DNA of 64,000 bases from Perna viridis (lineage: Eukaryota). The notes under the pieces are model-generated. The model worked only from the letters and a program-made list of their open reading frames with translations, ran no database searches and was not told the DNA's origin. Position 1 is the first letter of the stretch; each line of letters opens with the position of its first letter. Made by a program: the position numbers and the translations under genes. Location: NCBI GenBank assembly GCA_037379345.1, contig CM074524.1, positions 11,524,885 through 11,588,884 of the forward strand. Reading direction: 5' to 3'. Positions 11,954 to 22,799 of this stretch are shown here, piece after piece.

Positions 11954-13188
11954 TTAAAGGAATTTTGCAGTTGTGCTATAATCTGATTTAACATATACTG
12001 GTGTAGTTAAGCATTGCATTCAAATTACTTTAATAATTTTCAAGGCTGCTAATTTTCACTAATATTGTCAAATGAAATACAGTATATATCATGGGTATTA
12101 TTTTTACAGTTTTTTTTTAAGTTGGTGTTTCTTAAGGAAAAAAATCAATTCTAATATGACGCTATTCAAAACCTTCAAAACCACAGCCATGGTAAATAAG
12201 TGATAACACATGATAAACATTTGGTGCATTATATTGGTTGCATGTACTAAAAACGTGAAAAAATAAGTCATATTAGAATCAAAATAAATTACGAAAACTC
12301 CATTTTATCATTGTTTTAACTTGGACTGGCCATTAATGTCATTATTTAACCTCTTGCTATCATTTGGGATAAAACAATGGGACATAAATGGTCAGTTCAT
12401 GGTAAAACAATGATAAAGTGAAGTTTCCATGAGTTACTTCTGAATTTCACTTGTTCTATTTTCCATACTTAATTGTCAATTGCTAAAATAGCAAAAAATA
12501 ATTCATCATAAAAATCCATCTGTTTACAGGGCAACTTTTTGTGGCATAAATCTATAATATAACTTCTATTTGAAATCCAGGTCATCTTTATTGCTGTAAT
12601 GTGAAATCTAGATGTACACAGGCAAATGATGTTTGTGTGAAATTAATGTGAACCTAGCTTCATGTGAATTTCATGGGACTTTATAACATCATGTGCAAAT
12701 TTCACAGGAAAATCATGTGGAAATAATTTTGCCTGTGTATGGAACAAATTTATTTAAAATGTTCGTTGGTTCCAATAATATCATATTTTTTGTTAATTCA
12801 TTTATGGTCCGGGTTAAAAAGCTGTATAAGATTTAATTTGATTCTTTATTTTTTTCTTTAAATAAATTTAGTAATAAAATCTAGTTTTTGTTTGTAATGG
12901 AACTTTAATGTTTGTTCTTGTTTTTAAAGAATTTTTTATAATCTTTGTAAGAATTTAGAAAATTCAGGTAGTCTGAAATTTACCTGTACATTTAAAAAAA
13001 AACATTGGTCTGCATGTATGTTTTCTCTTCAAGACGTCTTCTCCGTTCTGAATGACATCATCATCAATAGAGACTTTGAGACTTACCCTGGTAGGCAAAC
13101 AGAATATATATATATATATAATCTGAATTTACAAACTAGGGGACCTGAAACATTTGTTGTTGTTTTACTGTTTACTAGGTAATTTTAA

Positions 13189-13400
13189 GGAGATAGACCT
13201 AGGGTAAGGGACATAACTCTTGAAATCTGTGATGTGTTTGTATCATATTAAATTTCATTAAAGCCTTTCAAGCATTTTTTTGAAACCGAATGAAATTAGT
13301 ACAAGTTACTTTAATGCTTTCATGAAATTGATGTAAAATGGTGAATTCAAATGTTCCAATGATTTGTTAGAGTTGTGTCCCTTACCCTAGGTCTACCTCC
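13189..13400. mobile_element. MITE family A, TTAA-flanked (Kolobok-like termini)
   Basis: ttaa|ggagatagacctagggtaagggacataactctt ... agagttgtgtcccttaccctaggtctacctcc|ttaa; TIR about 33 bp. Confidence 0.9.
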
Positions 13401-14388
13401 TTAAAGTTTTGATAGAACATCCTGTTTTTGTCTCGTCAAATTTTGAAATAAATGAGAAACCTAAAATACTGAAACATTCAGAAACAGAAGTAGAAATACT
13501 GTTAGCATACCCATAAAATGCTATCTAATTATACATCTTAAATTCTTAAGTTTGAATTTCTCCTCTGACAATTATCTTCCCTATGCATATCTACGAATAT
13601 CAAAGACTGTGTCGAAATTTGGGATACCAGCAGTGCTGTATACCTAGTCTCAAGTAAAAGACAAAGATGAGCCAAGAGATGTTTTAGTTTATAGGTATCT
13701 TAATCTTTGCAAGCAGAGACCAAAAGAGGGGGGGTCCAGAGATTTTGAAAAGAAGGGCTTTAGACTATTATTTGCCTATTTTTGCAAAAACATATTTTGC
13801 ACTAAATCAACACAAATATTTCACAGAAGTGGGAAACTCCGACCCATGGACTCCCTCCGCCACGTTGGCTCCACTATCGGAGATAGATATTTATTTTATC
13901 TTAGAACTTTTCTACAAAGACTGTGTACTCTTTATAGCCACTTTCTAAGTCCATTGGTTGAATAATATCTTTTTTTTTGTATAACAATAATTAAAAATTA
14001 TTATATTTGTCTTTAATCAATGATTATGGCACTTCACAATGTTCGATTGTGATTAACAGCAGTTACATGTACATGTAGCTTCTAGGTATAAGCCAACGTA
14101 ATAAGCTTGATTACTGCAAGCAAACTAAGCTGAATTCATGTCTTGTCTCTTATTAAAAACCATATACATAGAGTAGAAATAATTTAAATTCGGGCTATGA
14201 AAGAGGCAGAATTTAATAAGCTTGATTTTGACTGTACGGTCAATATTAATTCAACTTCATCATCATGTGTAGGGTAAGATACACTGACTACATGGGAGAT
14301 CTATTTTAATGGCGGTATTTTTTTTTTTGCATGGTGTGGTCAAACGGTCAGCAAACACGATACTTTGTCTTTCCTATCCGAAACTTTA

Positions 14389-14775
14389 AGTAGCACTCCA
14401 GCTAAGAATCATGCAAAATGTGATACATGGTTGGAAAGCCTACATATTTTTATTTTTGATATTTTGTTTAAAATGCTTTAGTAAACAAAAAATAGCATTT
14501 GGTTTTTCATATAACCCGTGTTCATAGGAGATAAAAATTGTATAGAATGCACTGTAGAATTCAAAATTAAGGGAGATAACTCTGTAAATGACACTCAAAT
14601 ACAATAGAATCTATTGGATTTTCAATGTTGATTATCTCCTAAGCGCAGGCAGATTTGAATGAATAATTGCACATTTCATAGTTTAGACCCATAAAACAAC
14701 TTAATTACAAAAATAAAAATATGTAGCCTTTTTGGGGTGTATCACATTTTTCAGATTTAGCATGATTCTTACTTA
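14389..14775. mobile_element. MITE-like repeat with taagaatc subterminal motif (inverted copy at ~58500-58745)
   Basis: actccagctaagaatcatgcaaaatgtgatac...gtatcacatttt...gcatgattctta. The sequence ggttggaaagcctacata recurs inverted at ~58690-58706. Confidence 0.65.
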
Positions 14776-16075
14776 AAATCGGTTCCTAAAATTTTGAATT
14801 CTGTACCGTACATTATAGGGTTGGAACCACAAATTTTGAAAGATTAGTCCAAGCTATTATCTGCTCACATTTTGCCCCAATTTTTAACGAAATTATCAAA
14901 CTTTTTCAACAAAGATCAACCCAAAATGATTTGCCACTGGGTCGCCTGGTCCCTGGTTGAACAAGTATAAAATAGAGACAATTTTTTTCTTTTACGAATT
15001 AGACTACCATAAATCAGAGTAAGGAGGTTTGAGGAAAATTCTTCATTATTATCGATTTGATGTCAGATATGGAACTTTACCAAGTTTACTATACATTAGA
15101 TTCTGGTAGTTTGACAGGTCTTGAAAACAAACTCCTGTGTTACAGTTAAAATAGCCAAATAAATACACGATGTCACGATTTGCCCAGAAGAATGCCTTGA
15201 GAGAAGGTAAGAAATAAAATATTTGCTGTGCATGCAATGCTTTGCTTTGCATGATGTTGGACTTATTGAATCGATTTATGAAGTACCAAGTAAAAGTGTA
15301 ATGTGTGTATCTATTCACACTCATATATGGAAGCCCGTCCGAGATATTATTTCATATGACATTCATCCTTGATTCCATCTAATAGCACGCACTGTTTTCG
15401 GTCAAACATATATGATATATTTGAACAATTTCAGGGCCTATGTTTGCATAAACTTGATATACCCCATCAAACAATTACTTAATAAGTCAGTTTGTAAAGT
15501 CCTTTTCAGAACAGCAGGTATACTTTGTCAAGTAAATTACCTTTGCTCGAACTATACTATCTTTTAGATGAGGCGTCCATGCTGTTACTTAAATCGTGCG
15601 ATTATATGGCAGTAAATATATGCCATGGAATTATTACCCCGCAAACCTAATTTTGTAAGAGTTCCATACTAAAGAAATGATAATTTATGATGTCATTTTG
15701 ACACCTAAATATTGGAACAGCTCGAAAATCTTCTTTATCTGGGTTTAGTTGTCGTTATAACACAAAAATATGCCAATAAGTCTTTTAAGTGAGTAGGCTA
15801 TAATTTTCACTCAAAAAACAGGGCCACACACTGGTTTAAACGAATATCCCTTTAGCACATGTCCATGTAAAAGAACGTATCCTTTGATACCACAGACAAT
15901 AAATTTAAAGGACACGAATATTTTTCACTCGTGCACATCAACTGCAGTTAACACGAAAGGGTATCCCTCTTTCCTCTGAACAACACCTAGTTGTAAATGC
16001 AAAGCTCGTGTGGAATTAAGAAAAGTATTTTTGGCTATAGATGTCCTTTTAGATATTTTGTGATTTATTTTTTAG

Positions 16076-16243
16076 GTCAACGGATATCCATCCTTTATGT
16101 TAATCAAAGATGGAGAAGTTCGGGAAGGTTTCTATGGAAACCGAGAGTTGAAAGATTTTACCAGATTTATCCAGAAATTTTACAAATTTGAATACGTTGA
16201 AAATGCAAAGAAGGCTTTAATAATGGAAGAAACAGACAGTCAG
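16076..16243 (+). CDS. Thioredoxin exon I (VRGYPT class plus linker); alternative 3' end of TXNDC5 or part of a paralog
   Basis: ttttag|GTC...CAG|gtaaat, 168 nt, phase 0/0. Encodes VNGYPSFMLIKDGEVREGFYGNRELKDFTRFIQKFYKFEYVENAKKALIMEETDSQ. Confidence 0.85.
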
Positions 16244-16808
16244 GTAAATATAAATGTCCTGATTTCAAACTGGTCTCAAAAGAATTCGAATCTTTATAAG
16301 AAAAAAAACCAAAACAATAGACTCGTTCTATATGCGAGGCGGAAAGCCCAAAATGAGATAAATTCAATCCAAAACACCATAGGGTACGTGGTCTTGGATC
16401 CGTATATAGATTAAAAGTTTTTTTTTTTGTTTTACTTTTGTGTTCTTCTATCGTTTTCGTTTTCGTTTTTTTTTCAAATGATCATGCGAGTTAAAATTTT
16501 GGCGGAAATCCTGTGCTCTTAAATGAAACAGCTAAAACAGGGCTTACCGACAACAAGAGCCACATAGTTTCATCGGTAATCGTATCATTTTAGTTTTCTT
16601 ATTTCTTCGCTACTATCGCAGTTGAAAAGTAATCTGTTTTACCCAAATAATCAAGAACCTCTCCGTATTCATATCGATTCTACTATCGAGGAGTATTTCT
16701 TACCTTTTCAAGCTTGAACCCTTCAAACTTTTTTTTGTTTTGTGTGATGAAGGTCACGATCGATCTTAAATGACTCAGTATTCAAATACTTTGATTATCT
16801 TATTGCAG

Positions 16809-16891
16809 TCGAAAGTAATAAAACTGACTGAAGACAATTTCAAGTCCACAGTCGCTGAAGACTTTACGTTTGTGAAATTCTTCTGGCCTAC
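16809..16891 (+). CDS. Thioredoxin exon J (83-nt class)
   Basis: ttgcag|TCG...CCTAC|gtaagt, exactly 83 nt like exons C and F. Encodes SKVIKLTEDNFKSTVAEDFTFVKFFWP(T). Confidence 0.9.
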
Positions 16892-17361
16892 GTAAGTAAA
16901 TTCAATAACAGATGGACTTAATATGGACTGTAATAAAATTCGACTTTAGAAGTAACACGCTTTCTCATTGGATAAAACATTTCGACTATCAAATAGACAA
17001 ACTTAACGGACGTACATTCTGGGCATAATATGTGATCTGCCCCAAACGGTGACCTTCCGCGACCATTGGGACTATTTCGTTTGACGATTTGGAAAATAAC
17101 ATCGGAAATGACATTATCATCGTTTTTATATAATTAGTTATCATTTTGTACTAAATCAAATTAAAATAGCCGCGAAATTATTTTGTCGTTCTTCATCGAC
17201 TAAAATATAACCAGTCATTTCTTTTTTCAATTCAGAAATTTGCTTCTTTCTGGTTGTACTGTTTGCCAGGTTGAAGAAATACACTTTATGTATATCTTTG
17301 AATTTTTATTTTACTTAAAGGGTTTCAATGAAATTTGATTTATATTAAATGAAGGTACATA

Positions 17362-17676
17362 CACTCCATGAAACGTTCACGTTTCCCATTTTAGTGTTCA
17401 TGCATCGTTTATCGTGCGTTTACACATCGGTTTGCGTTCGTTTATTCAACTGTTATTTTTATATTATTTGCTTTTATTAATTTATATATGTTCATTTATT
17501 AAATTTTCTATTTTTTCTTTCGTCATTATTTGCTAATAATATTATTAGTCATCGTTCGTCTATCGTGCGTTTAAACGCACGCTGTGAGCGTTCATTTCGT
17601 TTATCGTGCGTTTGGTGAGCGTTTAGCGAGTGTTAAGATATCGTGCGTGCGGGAAACCTTGACTTCTCAAGGAGTG
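17362..17676. mobile_element. TA-flanked MITE in the intron between exons J and K
   Basis: ta|cactccatgaaacgttcacgtttccc ... gggaaaccttgacttctcaaggagtg|ta; internal cgtttatcgtgcgttt repeats. Confidence 0.75.
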
Positions 17677-17827
17677 TATAATGAGGAAAAATAGTATGCA
17701 TGCTGCAGATTGTTTTGCCTAATAAAAGTTGCAACTGATCCCCAAAGTTGTTGCAATGTGAGGTCACATTGTAATGCTTTCTATCAAAATAAATTCATAT
17801 ATATCTTCTTTGTTTAAAAAAAAACAG

Positions 17828-17954
17828 ATGCGGGCCATGCAAATCGTTTGCCCCAACCTGGCAAGAAATGGCAAAGAAAAATTCCTATGAAAAAGTACTG
17901 AAATTTGCTGACGTGAATTGTCACATCAGTGAAGATCTATGCGATGAACACAAG
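17828..17954 (+). CDS. Thioredoxin exon K (127-nt class, TCGPC active site)
   Basis: aacag|A TGC GGG CCA TGC...AAG|gtaagg, exactly 127 nt like exons D and G. Encodes (T)CGPCKSFAPTWQEMAKKNSYEKVLKFADVNCHISEDLCDEHK. Confidence 0.9.
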
Positions 17955-18537
17955 GTAAGGGACGAGCTTAACATCTTTTATAAGTACTTGTTGAGATGAG
18001 GTCCACAAGGAAGATAATTCGTCCCTTCGAAAGAAAGAATGTGGTACACTGCGGACCTATCATTGTCCTTCTAATTCATGTATGGCAGAATGTGCCCCTA
18101 AAAGTCGGCTTAATGTATAAAAACACGTTCATGACGATGGACCGGGCCAGAGCACATATACTAAATGTGATATGTACCAAAGCTGTACCTTTTATTGAGG
18201 AGTGTTTCTTCAATTTTCATTGAACGAAATATTTTTTTAATATCAACAACTGCACCTGGTACCTCACAACTCACGGTCGTGGTTGCACAAAGCTTAATTT
18301 AATCTAAATGGACGATGTTACAGTAAACTCATATAGAATTCAACAAGGTGTTAGTCTTTATACTTAAAGACTTGTGGGCATTTAAAAGAAACACCGTATT
18401 ATGGAACTTTCAACATTATTGATGGGGAATTGACCTCAAATTCGCAATAGTTTTCAATTGTACAGTATTACACTTTACTCTGCACAATTTCATTATTATG
18501 TTAATTATAAAACAAATGTAACAATTATTGCTTACAG

Positions 18538-18672
18538 ATAGACGGATACCCAACGATTAGAATGTTTAAGAAAGGAAAAATCATTGTAGACTTTAATGGA
18601 AAGCGAACAATTGAAGCCTTGAATGCATTTATCGAGAAGTACATACCTGGAACTAAACACGAGGAACTGTAG
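18538..18672 (+). CDS. Thioredoxin terminal exon L ending in HEEL
   Basis: ttacag|ATA...CTG TAG. Encodes IDGYPTIRMFKKGKIIVDFNGKRTIEALNAFIEKYIPGTKHEEL*, a KDEL-type retention variant. Confidence 0.9.
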   Translation: MDGYPTIRMFKKGKIIVDFNGKRTIEALNAFIEKYIPGTKHEEL

Positions 18673-18673
18673 A

Positions 18674-18679
18674 AATAAA
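18674..18679 (+). terminator. Candidate polyadenylation signal after the HEEL exon
   Basis: AATAAA directly after the stop codon. The hexamer is common by chance in AT-rich DNA. Confidence 0.4.
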
Positions 18680-20306
18680 AGAAATGTACATGTATATCTG
18701 GTTATCCTTATATGATGCCTTTAAATGAACTCGTTCTGTAGGACGTAACTGAATCGTGCTCGATTTTAAGTGGCAGATCTTATCAAAATCAGGCGAGAGG
18801 TGGTTTATGAATACCAAAAACCCCTAAAAGTAATTTTTTTTCTTATTCAGAAATACTAACAGATCACATACATACACATGTATAGTCAATCTAAGTTTGT
18901 CATTTGGTTACTTCTAAAACAATATTTAGACTGTGTATGAAATAGGCAATTCGCAAGAGTTATTGCTCTTGCTTTGGTTGATTTTAGTGGGAGATGAATG
19001 CGTGATTTTCTCCAAATACAAATTTGATTATAGAAAGTTTAATGTTTAAATACATAAAATAGAGCATAAGTAGATAAAAAAAAGTAATTTTTATTCGGTG
19101 GGTTTTTTCTACACTATAAGTCACCTATACCAAAGACAGTGTCTGAACTTTATATGGACTGGTACTTAAAGGCGTCAATCGTTGAATTAACGGCCGTCCA
19201 TGTATACGAGTTGAGATCGGATTTGTCCCTTCAAATCAAGACTAACAGACATATTCTCAAATATAATGGCGTTATCTTCATTCTAACGCTTCTGCGAAAA
19301 TCGGAAAATAGTAACGCATTGATAATTGATATGGGGAGCCTGAAAACTCTACAATTGTATATTGCTGAAACGTAATACACCTTCGGAATTTTGAAATTCA
19401 GAAAATTTTAATTTCGGCTTTTATATGTCCAAAAAATGCTTCTGTACAAACCAGACTAAACGTATTGAGAAATAGCAATGTAGTTGAATAAGTATAGAAC
19501 ACTGAATATATCCTTGAACAACGGGGCCGGAACAGATTACAACTTCAGCCGGACGTTTTAGTGTATAATAATAAATAAATAACAAAAAGTTAATAAATTA
19601 TTGTCAAATCAATACCGGACATATTTGTGAATGAAGTGAACCCGTAACTGTAGAAATATCGTCGCATCAACAACCGAGAGATACACACATGCGTAAGTGT
19701 TATAATTAACATTTCAAACTAACTAACAGAACACGAATCCGAGTGAATATTGTAGGGATGCTAATCACAAAGCAGTACGTATGTCGATGCAACTCGACGC
19801 CAAAAAAAAAAACAAACAAACAAAAAACACGATGATTGACGTTGGAGAGCTTGGAGAAACTTGTCATAACGAGTTTATAAATAAACTAAATGGGACGGGT
19901 TCAATCATTGAAGAATCATATAATCAAGTCTTTATAGTTCAACCGTGGTAAAATCAACGTTAACAATATTGATACTTAACGATGATATCCGATGATTTAT
20001 TTTACGCAATTTTGAGTGATTTCTAATGTGGTATGTTACCTCTTTATTTGTATCATATTTTCTTTGTATATATATCAAATTGTGTGGTTTATTGAGGTTT
20101 GATAGCTAGTCCAGTGAGTAGTACTATTTAAAAAAAAACAAAAAACAAAAAAAAAAACAAAAAAAAAAAAAACGATAAGCTCTTTAAAATACCAGACAAT
20201 TTTTGTTCCATTTAGAGCACTGACCACGTGTTCATACATGATTTTCTATAATGTCATGCACAACAAATATGTTCCGACTCAGTCAATATATTATTTCAGG
20301 CTTGAA

Positions 20307-20396
20307 ATGAGAAGAATTTGCAGGCTATTCACAATCGTCCTTTTGGCTGGTTTGGTATTTTGTGGTCTCATGGTCGTAAGAGGACCCCCAGATGAG
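20307..20396 (+). CDS. Orphan gene, first coding exon (signal peptide or type II membrane anchor)
   Basis: Acceptor tttcag ends at 20299, ATG at 20307, donor GAG|gtgcgt. Encodes MRRICRLFTIVLLAGLVFCGLMVVRGPPDE: basic N-terminus followed by a hydrophobic core. Confidence 0.7.
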
Positions 20397-21462
20397 GTGC
20401 GTTTATCATGTTTTATGATGTTTTTTTTTAACAAAATAAAATACCTCATTTGAATCGGCCGAGTGCCTTTAAAATTGAATAGCAATATGTCACAATTAGT
20501 TAAAAAGAAATCTTTTGCATTTCTAAATGTGTGTTATATTTTGTATTTCATTCTTCAATTTATGTTAGTCCTTTCGATTATTAACGAAATAATTTTGTTT
20601 ACATAAAAAAATAAGGAAACATATTTTCTAACAGACAATCAAACAAACAAATAAATATACTGAAACACAGAAACACACAATATAAAAAAAAAACGTCAAA
20701 TATAAAAGTGTTATTTAAGTATTCTATTATATATAAGGTTTACCTAAGAATCAGGCAGGGGGTAATGAAGAAATATTTTTTTTTGCTATTTTCCTTAAGA
20801 GCGTAAATTCGTATAGCACACTTTTTATTCAAAAATTGCGAATTTCTGATATATTTGAGGTTGTTAAGGCAGTTAGGATAATATTTCGACCTATCATTTT
20901 TTTCATTTGCATGAAGAATCTGTGAACTTGTATTTAAAATATATTTAAAAATACCCACATAAACGATGGTGGCGTAGTTAGTTTATGACACTGCTTAATG
21001 TAGTAAATGTAATTCCTCGCTAACCATACCATATAGTAAGGACGCAATACACTCTGCACAACTCTTATGTGGACCTGTATTTTAAAGGGTAAATACTATG
21101 TTAAATATACTATGACCACCCAGATTATTGCAGTACATGTAATCATATAATTATACAATATTTTGACTCACAAAGTAGATTATTGCAATGAGATTAAGTT
21201 GTTTCAATTGTACTTTTAAACAGTGGCGAATCCAAGGGACATTTTTGTGGACATTACTTTAGGCAAACACGAGCAAGCATTTGCTAGATATTCCTCTTTT
21301 CCAAAATTTTTGGTATGTAATGTACCTTTATGACTGATACCCAAAAATAATTTGAGATTGGAATATTGTCGCTCACCATTCGATCATGAAATAACATTCT
21401 AATTCTTTTGAGGTAAATTTAATCTAATCTCTCTTAAAATCACCGCCATCGTCTCCACCATC

Positions 21463-21494
<32 letters not shown>

Positions 21495-21518
21495 TATTTG
21501 TATTATTATTATTAACAG

Positions 21519-22799
21519 ATTTATATCCTTTCATCCATACAGCCAATGGTTAATAAAGTAAAAAGTGAATTAGGAATCGCCGTGGACACATCTACGGTGA
21601 CACCGGAAGTGTGGTGGCCATTTTTTAAAAAGCAAAAACCAAACCACGCTACGAATTCGAACTTACATCAAATAAGACCCATACCTTACGAAGAATTCGC
21701 TTTTGCTCAACCAACTAATATTGAAACAAGAAATAGTAATTTTGACAAACATAAAATGATTTCAAAAGAATTGGATATGGCTGGATTTAACCATGAAATA
21801 AGTGATCGCAATGGTGGCAGTATGGCTGTTCAGATACCAGCGGAAAATAATTATGACAAAAATGAACTGGAATCTTTTGACGAAAAACAGAACGGCATTG
21901 CAGAATTTAAAAACAACGCTCAACCAGAAGATTTCCCAGATCAATACGATAAAGTAGTTGAACAGGAAGAATATAATTTCAATGGGATTGACAAAGAACA
22001 CGAACTAAATGGACAGAACCAAGTATACCCAGAAACAAACCAAGGTCATGAAAACCCAGAAAGCAACACGAAACAAGAGAATCTGCAGTTTCAGGGACAA
22101 CAAAAGCAAGAAAATAGCTATGCAAACATACAAACTTACCAGGACTTAAATAATTCAGATAATGGACAGAACTTAAGGAGCCAAAATAATAGACAAGATT
22201 CAATAAACCCAAATGATAGACATGATTTAGAGAACCCAGCCAATGGACAGGACTTAAGGAGCCAAAATAATAGACAAGATTCAATAAACCCAAATGATAG
22301 ACATGATTTAGAGAACCCAGCCAATGGACAGGACTTAAGGAGCCAAAATAATGGACAAGATTCAATAAATCCAAATAATAGACAGGATTTAGAGAACCCA
22401 GCCAATGAACAGAGCCTAAGGAACCCAGACAAAGGACATGACCTAAGGAACGCTAATAATGTACTGGACTTAAAATACCCAGATAATGAAAATGACCTAA
22501 GGAACCCAGATGAAAATGACACAGATGTATATTTCAGTATAGAACAAGATGATCCCGACACTAATACCTTTAATGAAACTGAACTTTTAAATGTAGCAGA
22601 TGTTGAAAACACATATGTGAGCCAAGAAAAAGAGAACAATTCACAAAACTTATTGAAGGATGATGACGTATCGACTGTGAATAATCAACCGATAGATATT
22701 TTAATTGATCGTATCGCAGTGAATAAGAATGATAAAACCGCAGTGAATGGAAACGACAGACCCGTAGTGAATGGTCATGATAGAACTGCGTCGAAATAA
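21519..22799 (+). CDS. Orphan gene, large exon: acidic Asn/Asp/Gln/Glu-rich repeat protein (may extend to 22909 via a 1-nt frameshift)
   Basis: Acceptor taacag|ATT is in frame with the 417-aa ORF 21546..22799 and phase-0 compatible with exon 20307-20396. A long open frame in very AT-rich DNA. Confidence 0.8.
   Translation: MYILSSIQPMVNKVKSELGIAVDTSTVTPEVWWPFFKKQKPNHATNSNLHQIRPIPYEEFAFAQPTNIETRNSNFDKHKMISKELDMAGFNHEISDRNGGSMAVQIPAENNYDKNELESFDEKQNGIAEFKNNAQPEDFPDQYDKVVEQEEYNFNGIDKEHELNGQNQVYPETNQGHENPESNTKQENLQFQGQQKQENSYANIQTYQDLNNSDNGQNLRSQNNRQDSINPNDRHDLENPANGQDLRSQNNRQDSINPNDRHDLENPANGQDLRSQNNGQDSINPNNRQDLENPANEQSLRNPDKGHDLRNANNVLDLKYPDNENDLRNPDENDTDVYFSIEQDDPDTNTFNETELLNVADVENTYVSQEKENNSQNLLKDDDVSTVNNQPIDILIDRIAVNKNDKTAVNGNDRPVVNGHDRTASK
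22134..22511 (+). repeat. Coding tandem repeat: 14 x 27 nt (9 aa) with an 81-nt higher-order period
   Basis: TYQDLNNSD/NGQNLRSQN/NRQDSINPN/DRHDLENPA/NGQDLRSQN/NRQDSINPN/DRHDLENPA/.../NENDLRNPD. AATGGACAG occurs at 22161, 22242 and 22323. Confidence 0.92.

Noticed and set aside
12110-12191. Possible 83-nt-class exon (tttacag|...ccatg|gtaa, 82 nt) that could supply a head for exons I-L
   Set aside because: Two in-frame stops and no similarity to TFVKF.AP; probably chance.
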